Source: a virus
Strand: one strand, 5' to 3'
DNA length: 64,000 nt
IMG/VR virus record: IMGVR_UViG_3300005573_000995
Span: 22,877 to 86,876 of that record
Below, piece by piece: positions 43,760 to 54,182 of the stretch. The notes beneath the pieces are model-generated. The model saw only the letters and a program-made list of their open reading frames with translations. It had not been told where the DNA came from and ran no database searches. Each line of letters begins with the position of its first letter. Positions within the stretch are counted from its first letter, which is position 1. Position numbers and translations under genes: made by a program.

Positions 43760-44176
43760 ATGTCTTCAGCAACTCTCTTTGGTAGTTTGGATGGAACCTC
43801 TCCTCTAATTGCAGACAGATGGCTCGTTACTTTCATCGCTGGCGATTCAACGCTTACAACTGCTGGTAAGGTTTGTAAGGTAGCTTCAAGTGGTGGATAT
43901 GTTACTGCTGCTACTGCAGGAACCGATATACTTCTGGGCGTAGTTGTAGTTCCAGGAGCTTCTGGTAGTAGAGTAACTGTTCAGACACGTGGCATAGCAA
44001 AGGTAACAACTTATGCTGGCACTACGGCTGGGCAGTTAGTTATACCTGACGCTTCTGGTGGAGTAACTTCTGTTGCTCTTTCCGCTCTCTCGACTCCTGG
44101 ACAAGCATATCCACGTGGAGTGGCTCTTACAACCCAATCGACTAGCGGTGGTAGCGCGTACATATTGCTTTGGTGA
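43760..44176 (+). CDS. Capsid decoration/cement protein
   Basis: Gly/Ala/Thr-rich with LLGV, V.V..RG, AGQLV and RGVAL; immediately upstream of the MCP. Confidence 0.8.
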   Translation: MSSATLFGSLDGTSPLIADRWLVTFIAGDSTLTTAGKVCKVASSGGYVTAATAGTDILLGVVVVPGASGSRVTVQTRGIAKVTTYAGTTAGQLVIPDASGGVTSVALSALSTPGQAYPRGVALTTQSTSGGSAYILLW

Positions 44177-44182
44177 TAATGT

Positions 44183-45094
44183 ATGGCTTTAGTTAGAGAC
44201 GCTTTCACATGGGTCGATACTGGTGCTATCGCATATCCAGCTCTATACAACAGAATAATTCAGCTAACCATGCCTGCTCTGAAACTAAAGCAGTTGCTTC
44301 CTGAATTTCCGATACTTCAGGGTAGAACTGCTACGTTTGTCAAGGAGTCAGGTAGCAGAGCTGCAGCTATAACTCAAGTCGGGGAAGGTGCTGAGGTTGC
44401 GATGGACTTTACGAATTATACTTACTTTACTGTCACACCTTACAAGGTGGGCATAAGGGAAAGGATAACTCGTGAGACCATCGAAGACCTATATATCCCC
44501 GTTATTGAGTCTCAGCTTGCTCGTCTTGCTAGACGAATGGCTTATACTATCGACAAGGACGTTCAAACTGTCATTTCAAATGGAGCTGCTAATTCGTTCT
44601 CCGCTACAGGAGTAACGATTGCTTACACCGGTACTGCGACTTCATCTCCCGGTACGATAGGAGTAAACGACATCACCCAAGCAAAGTCTGTAATCGAAGG
44701 CTATTCGCTAATTGCTGATAGCTTCGCATTACATCCGTTGAACGCCAACGATTTAACGAGACTACCGCAGTTTGCTTCACAAGACATCTTCGGAACAAGT
44801 GTTTACAAGGAAGGACTTGGTTGGGAGACTGGTGCTGTCGGTGGAGTCATGGGTCTTGACTTCTACATCACACCAATTGTGCCTGCTGGAGAGGCTTATG
44901 TGCTAAGCACGGGTAAGAACTTATCTGCTGCTTATGCACCTCTGGGCTTCTTTGCGATTAAGAGGCCGTTGGTTATAGATGTGGACTTCAAGAAGGAATA
45001 CGACAGCTACGACGTAGTTGCCACAACTAGGTATGCTCCTGTAATCACTTACGGAGAGTCTATTGTGAAGATACTCGGTCTTAGGACAAGCTAA
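44183..45094 (+). CDS. Major capsid protein (HK97 fold)
   Basis: VGEGAE, PYKVG...ITRETIED and LHP...G.VMGL; position in the head module. Confidence 0.92.
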   Translation: MALVRDAFTWVDTGAIAYPALYNRIIQLTMPALKLKQLLPEFPILQGRTATFVKESGSRAAAITQVGEGAEVAMDFTNYTYFTVTPYKVGIRERITRETIEDLYIPVIESQLARLARRMAYTIDKDVQTVISNGAANSFSATGVTIAYTGTATSSPGTIGVNDITQAKSVIEGYSLIADSFALHPLNANDLTRLPQFASQDIFGTSVYKEGLGWETGAVGGVMGLDFYITPIVPAGEAYVLSTGKNLSAAYAPLGFFAIKRPLVIDVDFKKEYDSYDVVATTRYAPVITYGESIVKILGLRTS

Positions 45095-45126
45095 ACGTTA
45101 CTTTCAATTCCATATCATATTTAATT

Positions 45127-45202
45127 GGGGTAGGGCTATAATTAATTTAGTCCTAACCCTCCACCCCCGTTTTTAGGGTCTTACTCCTTTTTTAAGGAGA
45201 GT
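45127..45202 (+). promoter_or_regulatory. Hairpins after the MCP gene (terminator / SD-sequestering stem)
   Basis: TAGGGCTA..TAGTCCTA stem; CTCCTT-TTTT-AAGGAG stem covers the SD of the 45213 ORF. Confidence 0.45.
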
Positions 45203-45241
45203 GTACAAAAAGATGTCTGCCTCTACTAATGTGCAAGATAA

Positions 45242-45772
45242 ATGTACAATAAAGATAACAAGAGGTGGAAAGAAACGAATAAGGAGAGCGATAAAAGATT
45301 GGATTCGACTGAATATAATGGCACGGGTAGGATGGTAGGCTACTGCACAATCAGAGCGTATCGTGGAGACGAAAAGATATTCGAGGAAACCAGAAAGAAC
45401 ATAATTACCAACGCTGGATTTGACTTATGGTCAGCAGTGCTTGGTAATTATTCCGACACTACATTAGGTTTGGGGTTTATTGCCGTAGGGACAGGAACGT
45501 CCGCTTTTTCTGCTGGCTCAGTAGCATTGACTGCAGAATTTACACGAGGTTCTGCAACTTATGCCCACACTGGTGGAACCCAAACGTTTACGGAAACAAG
45601 AACGTTTGGTACAGGAACTTTTGCAACAGGTGGAACTACCATAGGAGAAAGCGGTGTGTTCAACCAAGCTTCATCGGGAACTATGTTCTCAGCAACGAAT
45701 TTTACTACGATTACGCTTTATTCCAGCGATACGCTACAAGTGCAATGGACATATAATCTCAGCGGTAGTTGA
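45242..45772 (+). CDS. Virion fibre-attachment/collar-like structural protein (likely start 45332)
   Basis: ITNAG...IAVGTG...L..E..R...I.E.GVF..A..G.M...F..I....D.L.V.W pattern. Confidence 0.75.
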   Translation: MYNKDNKRWKETNKESDKRLDSTEYNGTGRMVGYCTIRAYRGDEKIFEETRKNIITNAGFDLWSAVLGNYSDTTLGLGFIAVGTGTSAFSAGSVALTAEFTRGSATYAHTGGTQTFTETRTFGTGTFATGGTTIGESGVFNQASSGTMFSATNFTTITLYSSDTLQVQWTYNLSGS

Positions 45773-45800
45773 TTACACAACACTAACCTACTGACGGTAG

Positions 45801-46490
45801 TTGATAGTGTTGTGTATGCCACGTACCCTTGCTATGGAACATAGACGTAAGATTAGCGAAAGCATTAGACAATTTTGGGCTTCTTATACACCTGAACAAA
45901 GAAAGAAACACATTGAAAATAGTAAGAAAGCAACCAAAGAAGCTATGGCGCATCTTCCTCCAGACAAAGAAATCAAGTTACACAGCAGATTAGGAACTCA
46001 TTATATCATGTCAGAAGAACGTAAGAGACATATTAGTGAAGCCAAAAGAGGAAAGGCTACATGGAATAAAGGGCTTCATCTTTCTGAAGAACACAAACGC
46101 AAAATCTCGTTATCTCAAAGGGGAATTAAGTGTCCACAAAGAGCAGTTAAAAATAAGTCCATACTTCACGAAAACATTTGTAAGGCAAGAAAAACTATGG
46201 CGCTTAATGGTCATAGAACTAACATTGAACTTGAGGTAGAACGAGTACTTAAAGAGAGAGGCATTAACTTCATTTCTGAGCATCCTTTAAACGGAAAAAT
46301 TGTAGATTTTTACATACCTTCGACTCACACGGTTATTGAGGTAGATGGAAAGTATTGGCACAGAGATTATGACAAAGAACGCATCCGCGATAATGTTATA
46401 TTGAATTCTAATCTTGTTTATGATATTATTCATTTGCCAGAGGAGATGGTATTTACTAATGAGTGGCATTTTCTATTGGGGAGGAGATAA
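45801..46490 (+). CDS. Free-standing homing-type endonuclease (NUMOD3 repeats plus Vsr/DUF559-like domain)
   Basis: SEEHKRKIS repeats; DFY....VIEVDGKYWH. Confidence 0.85.
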   Translation: MIVLCMPRTLAMEHRRKISESIRQFWASYTPEQRKKHIENSKKATKEAMAHLPPDKEIKLHSRLGTHYIMSEERKRHISEAKRGKATWNKGLHLSEEHKRKISLSQRGIKCPQRAVKNKSILHENICKARKTMALNGHRTNIELEVERVLKERGINFISEHPLNGKIVDFYIPSTHTVIEVDGKYWHRDYDKERIRDNVILNSNLVYDIIHLPEEMVFTNEWHFLLGRR

Positions 46491-46493
46491 CGC

Positions 46494-48569
46494 TTGAGTT
46501 ATCAACCTCAGCAAGCTGCCACTACGCTCTATTTTTACAATTCTACCGCAAGTAACGTACATCCTAGCGTCAAGCAAACTACCCTTTCTATGACGCAATA
46601 CGTTGCTAGCACTTTGGGAGGAGGACAAGATAGCCCAACAGCCATTTATCCTCTAAATATGGGAACTACGATTGGTAATGGTTCTGTAACTATACTTCAG
46701 AGCATTACGGAACCCGGAGCAAAGCATCACGCTTGGTTTAAGGCTTTTGTCAGTCCCCCCTTAAGCGGAAATCAAACCATTCAAAGTAGCACTGTTGGAT
46801 TTATTGCCGACTTCAACGAAGGTAACTCATCACATAACATGATGCCGAAAATAAATCTTTACGTATGGAAGAACGACAATACTGGGATAAGAGGGACGCT
46901 AATAAGCAACCGAAGTTCGACAATAGAAGCTCCTACTGCCTTTGGAACGTCAAAGGTTTATCTAAGTAGCATAGGAGTAACGACTGTTTCTGCGGTAAAT
47001 GGAGACACAATAGTATGCGAAGTGTTCGTTTACGATAACTACTCAGGGACAAGTGCCTATAATCACGGCTTAGCGATAAATGGGAAGTCAGGCTCAAGTG
47101 CTGCCAGCAGACTAGAATTTAGTCAGGCATTATCTTTCTTACAAGCAACTAATGCAAGCCTTAGCCTTCTGTCTTCTGCTTTCACACAAGGTCTCTGGAA
47201 TAGAGCAGTTAATTCGCAAAGGAGCTTCAGTTCTATTCTGTTAAATGCTCCAGCCTCTACAAGAGCAGCCAATTATTTGAGAGAGCAAATATCTACCATC
47301 TCTTTGCTTAGTCAATTATCCACTCTTATAGTCAAGAGCAAGGAGCTTATTTCAAATCTCTTTGCCTCTTCTCTTTTGAGCAAAGGTGCAGGAGTGTTTA
47401 AATCGTTATCTTCAACTAACTTTATTTCATCTTCAATAGCTAAATTGGCTAACTTTACTAGGGCTTTCTCTTCTCAAGCATATATGTCCTCTGCCATCTC
47501 TAAGAGCATAAGCCGTCTTTTATCTTTACTAAGTTCTATGTATGAGGTGATAACTACATCTCTTTCCAAAAGCTTATTCCGTCAGTTTACGAGTAGCAGT
47601 TTTATCTCTGTCTCAATTAGTAAGATTGTAAGCCTATTAAAGAAGCTAAGCCAACCTTCTTTCGTTCTCTCGACCATAAGCACGACTACCCTAAAGTTCT
47701 TAGGAGTGGCTAGTAGCTTAATTGGGTTAAGTAAGATACAACGAAGCATATTAAAAGTAATATCGTCAAGTCTCAATTCGTTAAGCTCGAAGGTCGTCAG
47801 CATTACAAAAAGTATAAGGCAATCTCTGCTCTTGTCCTCAACTACTGTGAAAATTATTAGTTTGTTTAAGTCGTTCCTCTTATCTTTATATGCTCTAAGC
47901 TCTGTTTCTGCTTTAGTATCTAAGTTCCTTTCTTTAGCCTCTTACTCATATATTTCGTCTTCTCTGACAAGGGGATTGAGTATATTAAAGAGCTTCTCAT
48001 CTAGTTTGTATGTAAAATCTATAAGGACAATTAGTATTGTAAAGAATTTGTTTGCTTCTTTATTTGATAGTTCTGTAATCTCGAAAGGGCAGGGCTTATA
48101 TAAGGCTTTTGTCTCACCTCTATTGATTTCAAGTAGCCTAAGCAAGATTATTCAATATGTAAGGGCATTATCTAGTACAAATCTCATTACTTCGTCAATA
48201 AGCAAGAGTATAAGCCTTGTAAGGCAATTGGTCTCATCTCTCTATGATATTAGTTCGGTTAAGAATGCAATTAGCAAATTTGTTGCAAACGTCTCAAACC
48301 TTTACGAAAGCTCCTCTCTAAAGAATACATTACAGCTTATGAAGACTATTGGGCAAAGCTTATATATTGCCTCAGCAATTTCTAAAACGATAGAGAAGAG
48401 CCTAATTATTTTCACATATATTGGTAGCACGGTAACAAATCTCATACAAAAGATGATTTCAATTGTAGAAAGTGTTTTCATAGAAGCGACACAACTTGCT
48501 CAAAAGTATATGCCTCCAATGGTCGCGAAAGTCAGAAAGGTTGTGAGGAAATACGTGGGGGGTAGCTAA
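46494..48569 (+). CDS. Fibre-like virion protein 1 (globular N-terminus plus Ser/Leu/Lys repeats)
   Basis: About 18-21 aa imperfect K..SS.Y..S repeats after residue ~215. Confidence 0.7.
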   Translation: MSYQPQQAATTLYFYNSTASNVHPSVKQTTLSMTQYVASTLGGGQDSPTAIYPLNMGTTIGNGSVTILQSITEPGAKHHAWFKAFVSPPLSGNQTIQSSTVGFIADFNEGNSSHNMMPKINLYVWKNDNTGIRGTLISNRSSTIEAPTAFGTSKVYLSSIGVTTVSAVNGDTIVCEVFVYDNYSGTSAYNHGLAINGKSGSSAASRLEFSQALSFLQATNASLSLLSSAFTQGLWNRAVNSQRSFSSILLNAPASTRAANYLREQISTISLLSQLSTLIVKSKELISNLFASSLLSKGAGVFKSLSSTNFISSSIAKLANFTRAFSSQAYMSSAISKSISRLLSLLSSMYEVITTSLSKSLFRQFTSSSFISVSISKIVSLLKKLSQPSFVLSTISTTTLKFLGVASSLIGLSKIQRSILKVISSSLNSLSSKVVSITKSIRQSLLLSSTTVKIISLFKSFLLSLYALSSVSALVSKFLSLASYSYISSSLTRGLSILKSFSSSLYVKSIRTISIVKNLFASLFDSSVISKGQGLYKAFVSPLLISSSLSKIIQYVRALSSTNLITSSISKSISLVRQLVSSLYDISSVKNAISKFVANVSNLYESSSLKNTLQLMKTIGQSLYIASAISKTIEKSLIIFTYIGSTVTNLIQKMISIVESVFIEATQLAQKYMPPMVAKVRKVVRKYVGGS

Positions 48570-48571
48570 TA

Positions 48572-51500
48572 ATGCCGTCTGTTGTGGGGACAAGCACGGC
48601 CAGCTCAGCCACCTATTACCCATCTCAACGTAAGTCCTTCTACGCAAATGGAAGGTTCTGGGTCTTCTACTTCGACGGCACGAACATGGTTTACCGAACG
48701 AGTACGGACGGCTCGACTTGGACATCTGCGACGACAGTCAAGGCAGTGACTGCAGGAAACCAGTTTAGCATATGGTTTGATGGAACCTATCTGCACTATG
48801 TTTATGCCTATGCCTCTTCTCTTTATTATCGCCGTGGGACTCCAAACTCGAATGGGAGCATTACTTGGAGTGCGACAGAGCAGACGGTTTCAACTACCTA
48901 TAACTACGCCCTTTATCCTGTCATTTCAACCGACAGCAACGGCTATGTTTGGATTGGCTATTACGAATATACCGGTACGTTTTATTATCCCTACATCATT
49001 AAAAGCGGAAACAATGATGGGACATGGGGTTCGACACCTAGTGGTTTCCCCTATCAGCTTTCATCAACTAACGCTATTTGGAATGTGATTCCAGTTCCCC
49101 TGACAAGCGGAAAGATGCTTGTCATTTATGCACGGACTAGCGCGAGCCTTACCATGCAAGCGTGGAACGGTAGCGCGTGGGGTTCGGCGGTTACGACCGT
49201 CTCGACCAATCAATATTACTATTCTTTCAGCGCCGTCGCTCAGGGCGATAACGCCCACATCGTCTTCCTGAAGGCCACCACTTACGACATAGTCTATACT
49301 AAATACACATATTCGACAAACAGCCTCTCGACTGAAACGACACTTGTGAGTGGGGCAACATCCACTTCGGCTCCAGTAATGAGTATAAACCCAAATACGA
49401 ATGACCTTTACGTATTCGTAGCCACCAAGACGACTGGAACGCCGACGGGATGGACAGCAAACCACATATACTACACGAAATACACGGACTCAACTTCGAC
49501 ATGGGGTAGCTGGGTTGATTGGATAAATGAAGCGACAGAGGTTCTTACTTCTGAGGATGTCCTGACGTCCTTCTACCAAGCCTACGGGAACAAGATAGGG
49601 CTGGAATATGAGACCAAGACGGCCTCGCCTTACAATGTAAAGTTTGCATTTTCATCATTATCTATTTCTCAGAGCTTTAGTTCAACATTATGGGCTAGTG
49701 GTTCTCGCTCTTCTTCGATGAATTTATATAAATCTTATATTTCAGCATTATGGGCTAATGGTTTGCGCCTTTCTTCGATGAATTTGGTCAGACCTTATTC
49801 TGCCTCAACTTTTCTCTTATCCCTCAAAAGTTTTGGTGTAACGAAGGTGGTTCCACCTGCCAAATTGCTTTCTCTTAGTTCTTTATCTAATGTAACCACG
49901 CGAATTAAGAGCTTTGTCTCTAACCTTTATAAGACAGGAGTCTCGGTTGTGACTAGAACCGTTAATAGGTATTTCCCCACCTCTCTCTCAATAAGCAAAT
50001 TTCGCTCTGCTGTTGCCACAGTAGATAGGACGTTTGAGAGGTGGGCTTTATATGGGGTTGCTCAGTATGACGATGATAGATATGACACCTATGAAAGAAG
50101 GCAATGGCCATCAATTGCAACGGTGTCATCTTATACGAGAAGCTTTGTTAGGCTCTTTAGTTCGAGCCTATATGCTTCTACCGCATTTGTTAAGAATTTG
50201 CTTATTTACATCTATTCGTTTCTAAGTATTGTGTTATCAACGCGGTTAATTAAGAATATTTATAAGGCTTTTGCTAGCAACTTGAGAGTAATAGGCTCGA
50301 GGGTCTCTAATGTAACGAAGGCTATATTTGCTCTCTTATATACGTTATCAGCCAGACAATTTGTGCTGTCTATCGTAAAGAAATTAACTGTTTCGTCTTA
50401 TACCATATCTTCCTTGGTCAAGTCTATTACAAAGCAACTAGCTTCTCTGCTCTACATCCTATCAGTTAGGCAATTCATATTATCCGCTATAAAGAAATTG
50501 AGTTCTTCCCTCTATGTTGCCTCGGCTATTGCCAAAAACTTATCCCGTTATATCTATTCTTCGCTATATGAAGGAGCTTTAATTTCATTCATTAAGAACA
50601 TACTTAAGCTCCTTTCATCTTCTATGTTTGTTCTAAGCAGTAAGCTGACAAATATAACTAAGCTAAATCTGTCTCGTCTATACGCATCAAGCTCAAGGTT
50701 CTTTACTTTAAGTGTGATTAGAAAGCCTATATCTTCTCTGTTCTCTAGCTCTTCTGCCACCAAATCTTATCAATTATTTAAGAGCTTTGTTAGTTCTTTA
50801 CTTTCCTTAAGTGCAATCTCCAAATCCTTAACAAAGAGCATAGTTTCTTCACTCTATCTTCAAAGCGTTAGAACCTTTGTTCTCAACGTTATTAAGAAGG
50901 CAACTTCAACGCTTTACTCTCTGTCAAGTCTAATGAAGAACTATCAATTAATTCGTTCTCTGTCATCTTTGCTCTATCTCCAAGCACAATCAACAATTAC
51001 TAAGAATTTGGTTAGGTTCTTCTCCGTCCTATCTTATCTGTCTTCTTCGATAAGACTAGGAGGTTCAATCTATAAATATCTTACTTCTGAACTTTACACA
51101 AGCTCTTCAAAAGTTATGGGAATATATAAGGCTCTAATGTCCTCGTTACTTACAACTCCAATTCGTGTAATGGGTGTTGGGAAAGCTGTATCTTCTGCGC
51201 TTTCTATCACTTCAGTTCTTTCAACCTTTAAGTCGGTGTTCCTAAGTATTAGCTCCAATTTGTTCGCCTTATCTAAAATCGCAAAGAATGTAACCAAAAT
51301 CATATATCAGAATATACTTAATCTGGTAACGGGATTAAGAAAAGACGTAGAAATATACGTAGATGTTGATTTGTTCCTATCGACAATTTCAAAAACCATA
51401 ACTGCTTTCACTAAGGCATTAAGCAGTTCTCTATTTGCTCTCAGTAGTCTGGGTAAAATTGGAACTTACTTTAGGTCTTTGTCCTCAACCCTCATAGTTC

Positions 51501-52543
51501 AAGCATTAAGAGCAATAACTGTATTTAAAGCTCTAACGTCTTTGCTAAGAATATCTACAGCCATAGCGACTCAATCCTTTAAGGCGATAGTGCTAGCTCT
51601 CACTCTCTTTGTCTCATCTTCTTTGTCTAAAGTGGCGTCAGTTAAGAAGTACCTCTCTCAATTGCTTTATACAAGTATTTCAATTGGCACTTTCTTGGGA
51701 TACCAAATCCTGTTGTCTGTTTATCTAAAGGTCACATCTTCTCTCTCTAAGGTGGCTACAGTCATTAAGAAGTTATCTACAATACTATATGCTCAGTCCA
51801 TCATCAGCCTTACGAGAGTCTTCTATCGCTTCTTTACTGCCAATCTTAATATTGGTATAAGTTTTGTTAAAAATCTGTTCGTTTATATCTATTCTCGTCT
51901 TAATTTGAATGCACTAGTAACAAATATAATAAGCCGTATCAAATCTCTTGTCTTTAATCTTGCAGTTATTGCAACCAAGACCTTCCAAATGAATATCACA
52001 AGAGCTTTCACTGCAAAATTATATCTCTCCTCGGTTAGACAATTTATAGTTTCTGCCATCAAACAATTAACTGCCTCACTATACGCCTTATCAGTTAGAA
52101 AGTTCGTATTGTCGATTATAAGGAAATTAGACGTTCCCTTATACATCTCAGCAATTGGAGAACTTAGGAGAACAGTTATAAGAACGTTAAGTACAAACTT
52201 ATATCTTAGTTCTGTCGTACTCAAAACAATTGGCAAGTATTTCTACTTATCCCTGCATATTTCGAGTGAAATAGGCAAAATCATAAGCAGAATTATTACC
52301 TCTGTTCTAAGTATGTTATCAGAATTTCAATTCTTCTGGAAGCTCATATATGTTAAGGTTGTGAAGATATCGAAGTTGCTACAAGTCGAGAGTGTTTCTG
52401 TCGAGCATTTGCTTAATCTAGAGATACAAAAACTTTATAAGTTACTATCTATAACAATTATTCAGAATAGAAAATTACAGATTATCACGCAGTCTGTTAA
52501 AAGATTGCTCAACTTAATTGCAAAGATTGCTGACCGTGTTTGA
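48572..52543 (+). CDS. Fibre-like virion protein 2 (BNR/beta-propeller-like N-terminus plus ~950 aa repeats)
   Basis: Asp-box STDGSTW; long imperfect repeat region. Confidence 0.7.
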   Translation: MPSVVGTSTASSATYYPSQRKSFYANGRFWVFYFDGTNMVYRTSTDGSTWTSATTVKAVTAGNQFSIWFDGTYLHYVYAYASSLYYRRGTPNSNGSITWSATEQTVSTTYNYALYPVISTDSNGYVWIGYYEYTGTFYYPYIIKSGNNDGTWGSTPSGFPYQLSSTNAIWNVIPVPLTSGKMLVIYARTSASLTMQAWNGSAWGSAVTTVSTNQYYYSFSAVAQGDNAHIVFLKATTYDIVYTKYTYSTNSLSTETTLVSGATSTSAPVMSINPNTNDLYVFVATKTTGTPTGWTANHIYYTKYTDSTSTWGSWVDWINEATEVLTSEDVLTSFYQAYGNKIGLEYETKTASPYNVKFAFSSLSISQSFSSTLWASGSRSSSMNLYKSYISALWANGLRLSSMNLVRPYSASTFLLSLKSFGVTKVVPPAKLLSLSSLSNVTTRIKSFVSNLYKTGVSVVTRTVNRYFPTSLSISKFRSAVATVDRTFERWALYGVAQYDDDRYDTYERRQWPSIATVSSYTRSFVRLFSSSLYASTAFVKNLLIYIYSFLSIVLSTRLIKNIYKAFASNLRVIGSRVSNVTKAIFALLYTLSARQFVLSIVKKLTVSSYTISSLVKSITKQLASLLYILSVRQFILSAIKKLSSSLYVASAIAKNLSRYIYSSLYEGALISFIKNILKLLSSSMFVLSSKLTNITKLNLSRLYASSSRFFTLSVIRKPISSLFSSSSATKSYQLFKSFVSSLLSLSAISKSLTKSIVSSLYLQSVRTFVLNVIKKATSTLYSLSSLMKNYQLIRSLSSLLYLQAQSTITKNLVRFFSVLSYLSSSIRLGGSIYKYLTSELYTSSSKVMGIYKALMSSLLTTPIRVMGVGKAVSSALSITSVLSTFKSVFLSISSNLFALSKIAKNVTKIIYQNILNLVTGLRKDVEIYVDVDLFLSTISKTITAFTKALSSSLFALSSLGKIGTYFRSLSSTLIVQALRAITVFKALTSLLRISTAIATQSFKAIVLALTLFVSSSLSKVASVKKYLSQLLYTSISIGTFLGYQILLSVYLKVTSSLSKVATVIKKLSTILYAQSIISLTRVFYRFFTANLNIGISFVKNLFVYIYSRLNLNALVTNIISRIKSLVFNLAVIATKTFQMNITRAFTAKLYLSSVRQFIVSAIKQLTASLYALSVRKFVLSIIRKLDVPLYISAIGELRRTVIRTLSTNLYLSSVVLKTIGKYFYLSLHISSEIGKIISRIITSVLSMLSEFQFFWKLIYVKVVKISKLLQVESVSVEHLLNLEIQKLYKLLSITIIQNRKLQIITQSVKRLLNLIAKIADRV

Positions 52544-52565
52544 AAGAGAGTAAGGAGCGATAATT

Positions 52566-53381
52566 ATGTCTTATGGAGACCTGTCTGCTGGAGACTTAAT
52601 CCAAGCAAGTGTACTTAGCGCCAAGACTATTTGCATTCAATCCTCAGCACCTACTCCTTCTCCCGGTAAGCATTGGTTCGACCTAACGAATAGAGTTCTC
52701 TGGTGGTACGATAACGTTGCGGGTTATTGGAGAGGAGGACGCTCCTATGGGACTGCAACCACTTCATCTAACGGATATGTTTGGGTTTCTTTTCCATTCA
52801 CCTATTCAACCTCTCCCTTCATAAGAGTAGAAGTTTTGGGGAGCTGGGATGGAAGAGTTCAGATTACTTCTCGCTCTACTACAGGATTCGCTATCCAAAC
52901 AAGAGTTCTTAATACGGGTACTTTCGTTACAGGAGGAGGAACGGGGACTGCTGTAACGGCTGTGGGTAATTTTAACGTTGGTAATGCTGTTACTGCAGTA
53001 GGTAGTCTCAATACTGCGACAGGCATTGCCAATATTGGTACAACAACTGGGGTTGAATCTGCCGATAGTTCAGCAAGTTATGTAGCGAGCGTGACTACGA
53101 GGTATGCTGCTGGAAGTAGTTCGGGCGATACAACTTACGCCTTTAGCGCGTATACTTTAGGACTACAAACGGTTCCGGCTGCCTCTCATAGTCATACTTT
53201 ACAAAATATTAGTACTGCGTCTTTTGTAATTAGTAAAAACGCCGATTCAACCGATACATTTCTGAAAGGGAAAAGCGCAGATTCGACAGGTTCATTCTAT
53301 AACTCTCTCTATACTGGAACTGCCGTTGTGGGATGGGCAAATGGAGGCTCTTGTAGCATTATGTGGGAAGCGTGGTTATAA
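52566..53381 (+). CDS. Tail/fibre-associated protein
   Basis: AP.P..G..WFD; VSFPFTY..P...ST.TGF lectin-like segment; Thr/Ser/Gly-rich. Confidence 0.65.
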   Translation: MSYGDLSAGDLIQASVLSAKTICIQSSAPTPSPGKHWFDLTNRVLWWYDNVAGYWRGGRSYGTATTSSNGYVWVSFPFTYSTSPFIRVEVLGSWDGRVQITSRSTTGFAIQTRVLNTGTFVTGGGTGTAVTAVGNFNVGNAVTAVGSLNTATGIANIGTTTGVESADSSASYVASVTTRYAAGSSSGDTTYAFSAYTLGLQTVPAASHSHTLQNISTASFVISKNADSTDTFLKGKSADSTGSFYNSLYTGTAVVGWANGGSCSIMWEAWL

Positions 53382-53400
53382 TTATTTGGGATGATAAAAT

Positions 53401-53706
53401 ATGAGCGAAATAAATGCTCCGCAACAGGTTTTGGCTGGAAATACCATTCGACTTAGTGTCTTAATTACTGACATCTCAGGTGTAGGAACAAATGTAACTT
53501 CGACATCTGGAACGATATACGACTCAAGTGGGACTGCTGTTCAAACAGGGATTGCATTAATTAATGCCTCAACTACACCTGGAAACTATTACTACGATTA
53601 TACACTTCCTAGTACAGCACCCAAAGGGAAGTGGACTTTCGATGTATATGCCTCATTAGGAGGTAACGTAGGAAGAGGGAAAATGTATTTCACGGTGATT
53701 GATTAG
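53401..53706 (+). CDS. Ig-like virion protein
   Basis: G.Y.YDY.LP....G.W pattern. Confidence 0.65.
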   Translation: MSEINAPQQVLAGNTIRLSVLITDISGVGTNVTSTSGTIYDSSGTAVQTGIALINASTTPGNYYYDYTLPSTAPKGKWTFDVYASLGGNVGRGKMYFTVID

Positions 53707-53708
53707 GA

Positions 53709-54176
53709 ATGAGTAGCATAGAATATTGTACCTTTAATGATGTGGTATCTCGACTTAACTTAACTGAAGTGAGTAGTTCGCCAGGCACATATTTAATGTG
53801 GGGAATAAATGTAGGGGGAGCAACAATTCAAGCCTATGTGGATGATGCTAATGACCAGATATATGCAATAGTTGGAGATGTGCGAGGAGATGAAAAGCGC
53901 TTTATTTTGGCGAAATTACTTGCACGTGCAACTGCAATTCTTCGTTTAATTGTCTTTACAACTGGAGGATGGTTAGACACAGCCTATAACTTTAGATTAG
54001 GAGATATGAATGTAGAGAAAGGAACGGCAGCTTATAATGCCCTAAAGTCTATAGCGAGCCAAGCTAAAGAGGATATTCTTAGATATAAGGTACAACTTGT
54101 AGGGAAGACTGATGGACAGACATCGACCATTACGAGAGACTATTATACCCAAGAGGGGACAGCAATAGGATATTGA
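53709..54176 (+). CDS. Head-tail adaptor
   Basis: YCT..DV N-terminus; position. Confidence 0.7.
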   Translation: MSSIEYCTFNDVVSRLNLTEVSSSPGTYLMWGINVGGATIQAYVDDANDQIYAIVGDVRGDEKRFILAKLLARATAILRLIVFTTGGWLDTAYNFRLGDMNVEKGTAAYNALKSIASQAKEDILRYKVQLVGKTDGQTSTITRDYYTQEGTAIGY

Positions 54177-54182
54177 TGAGAT

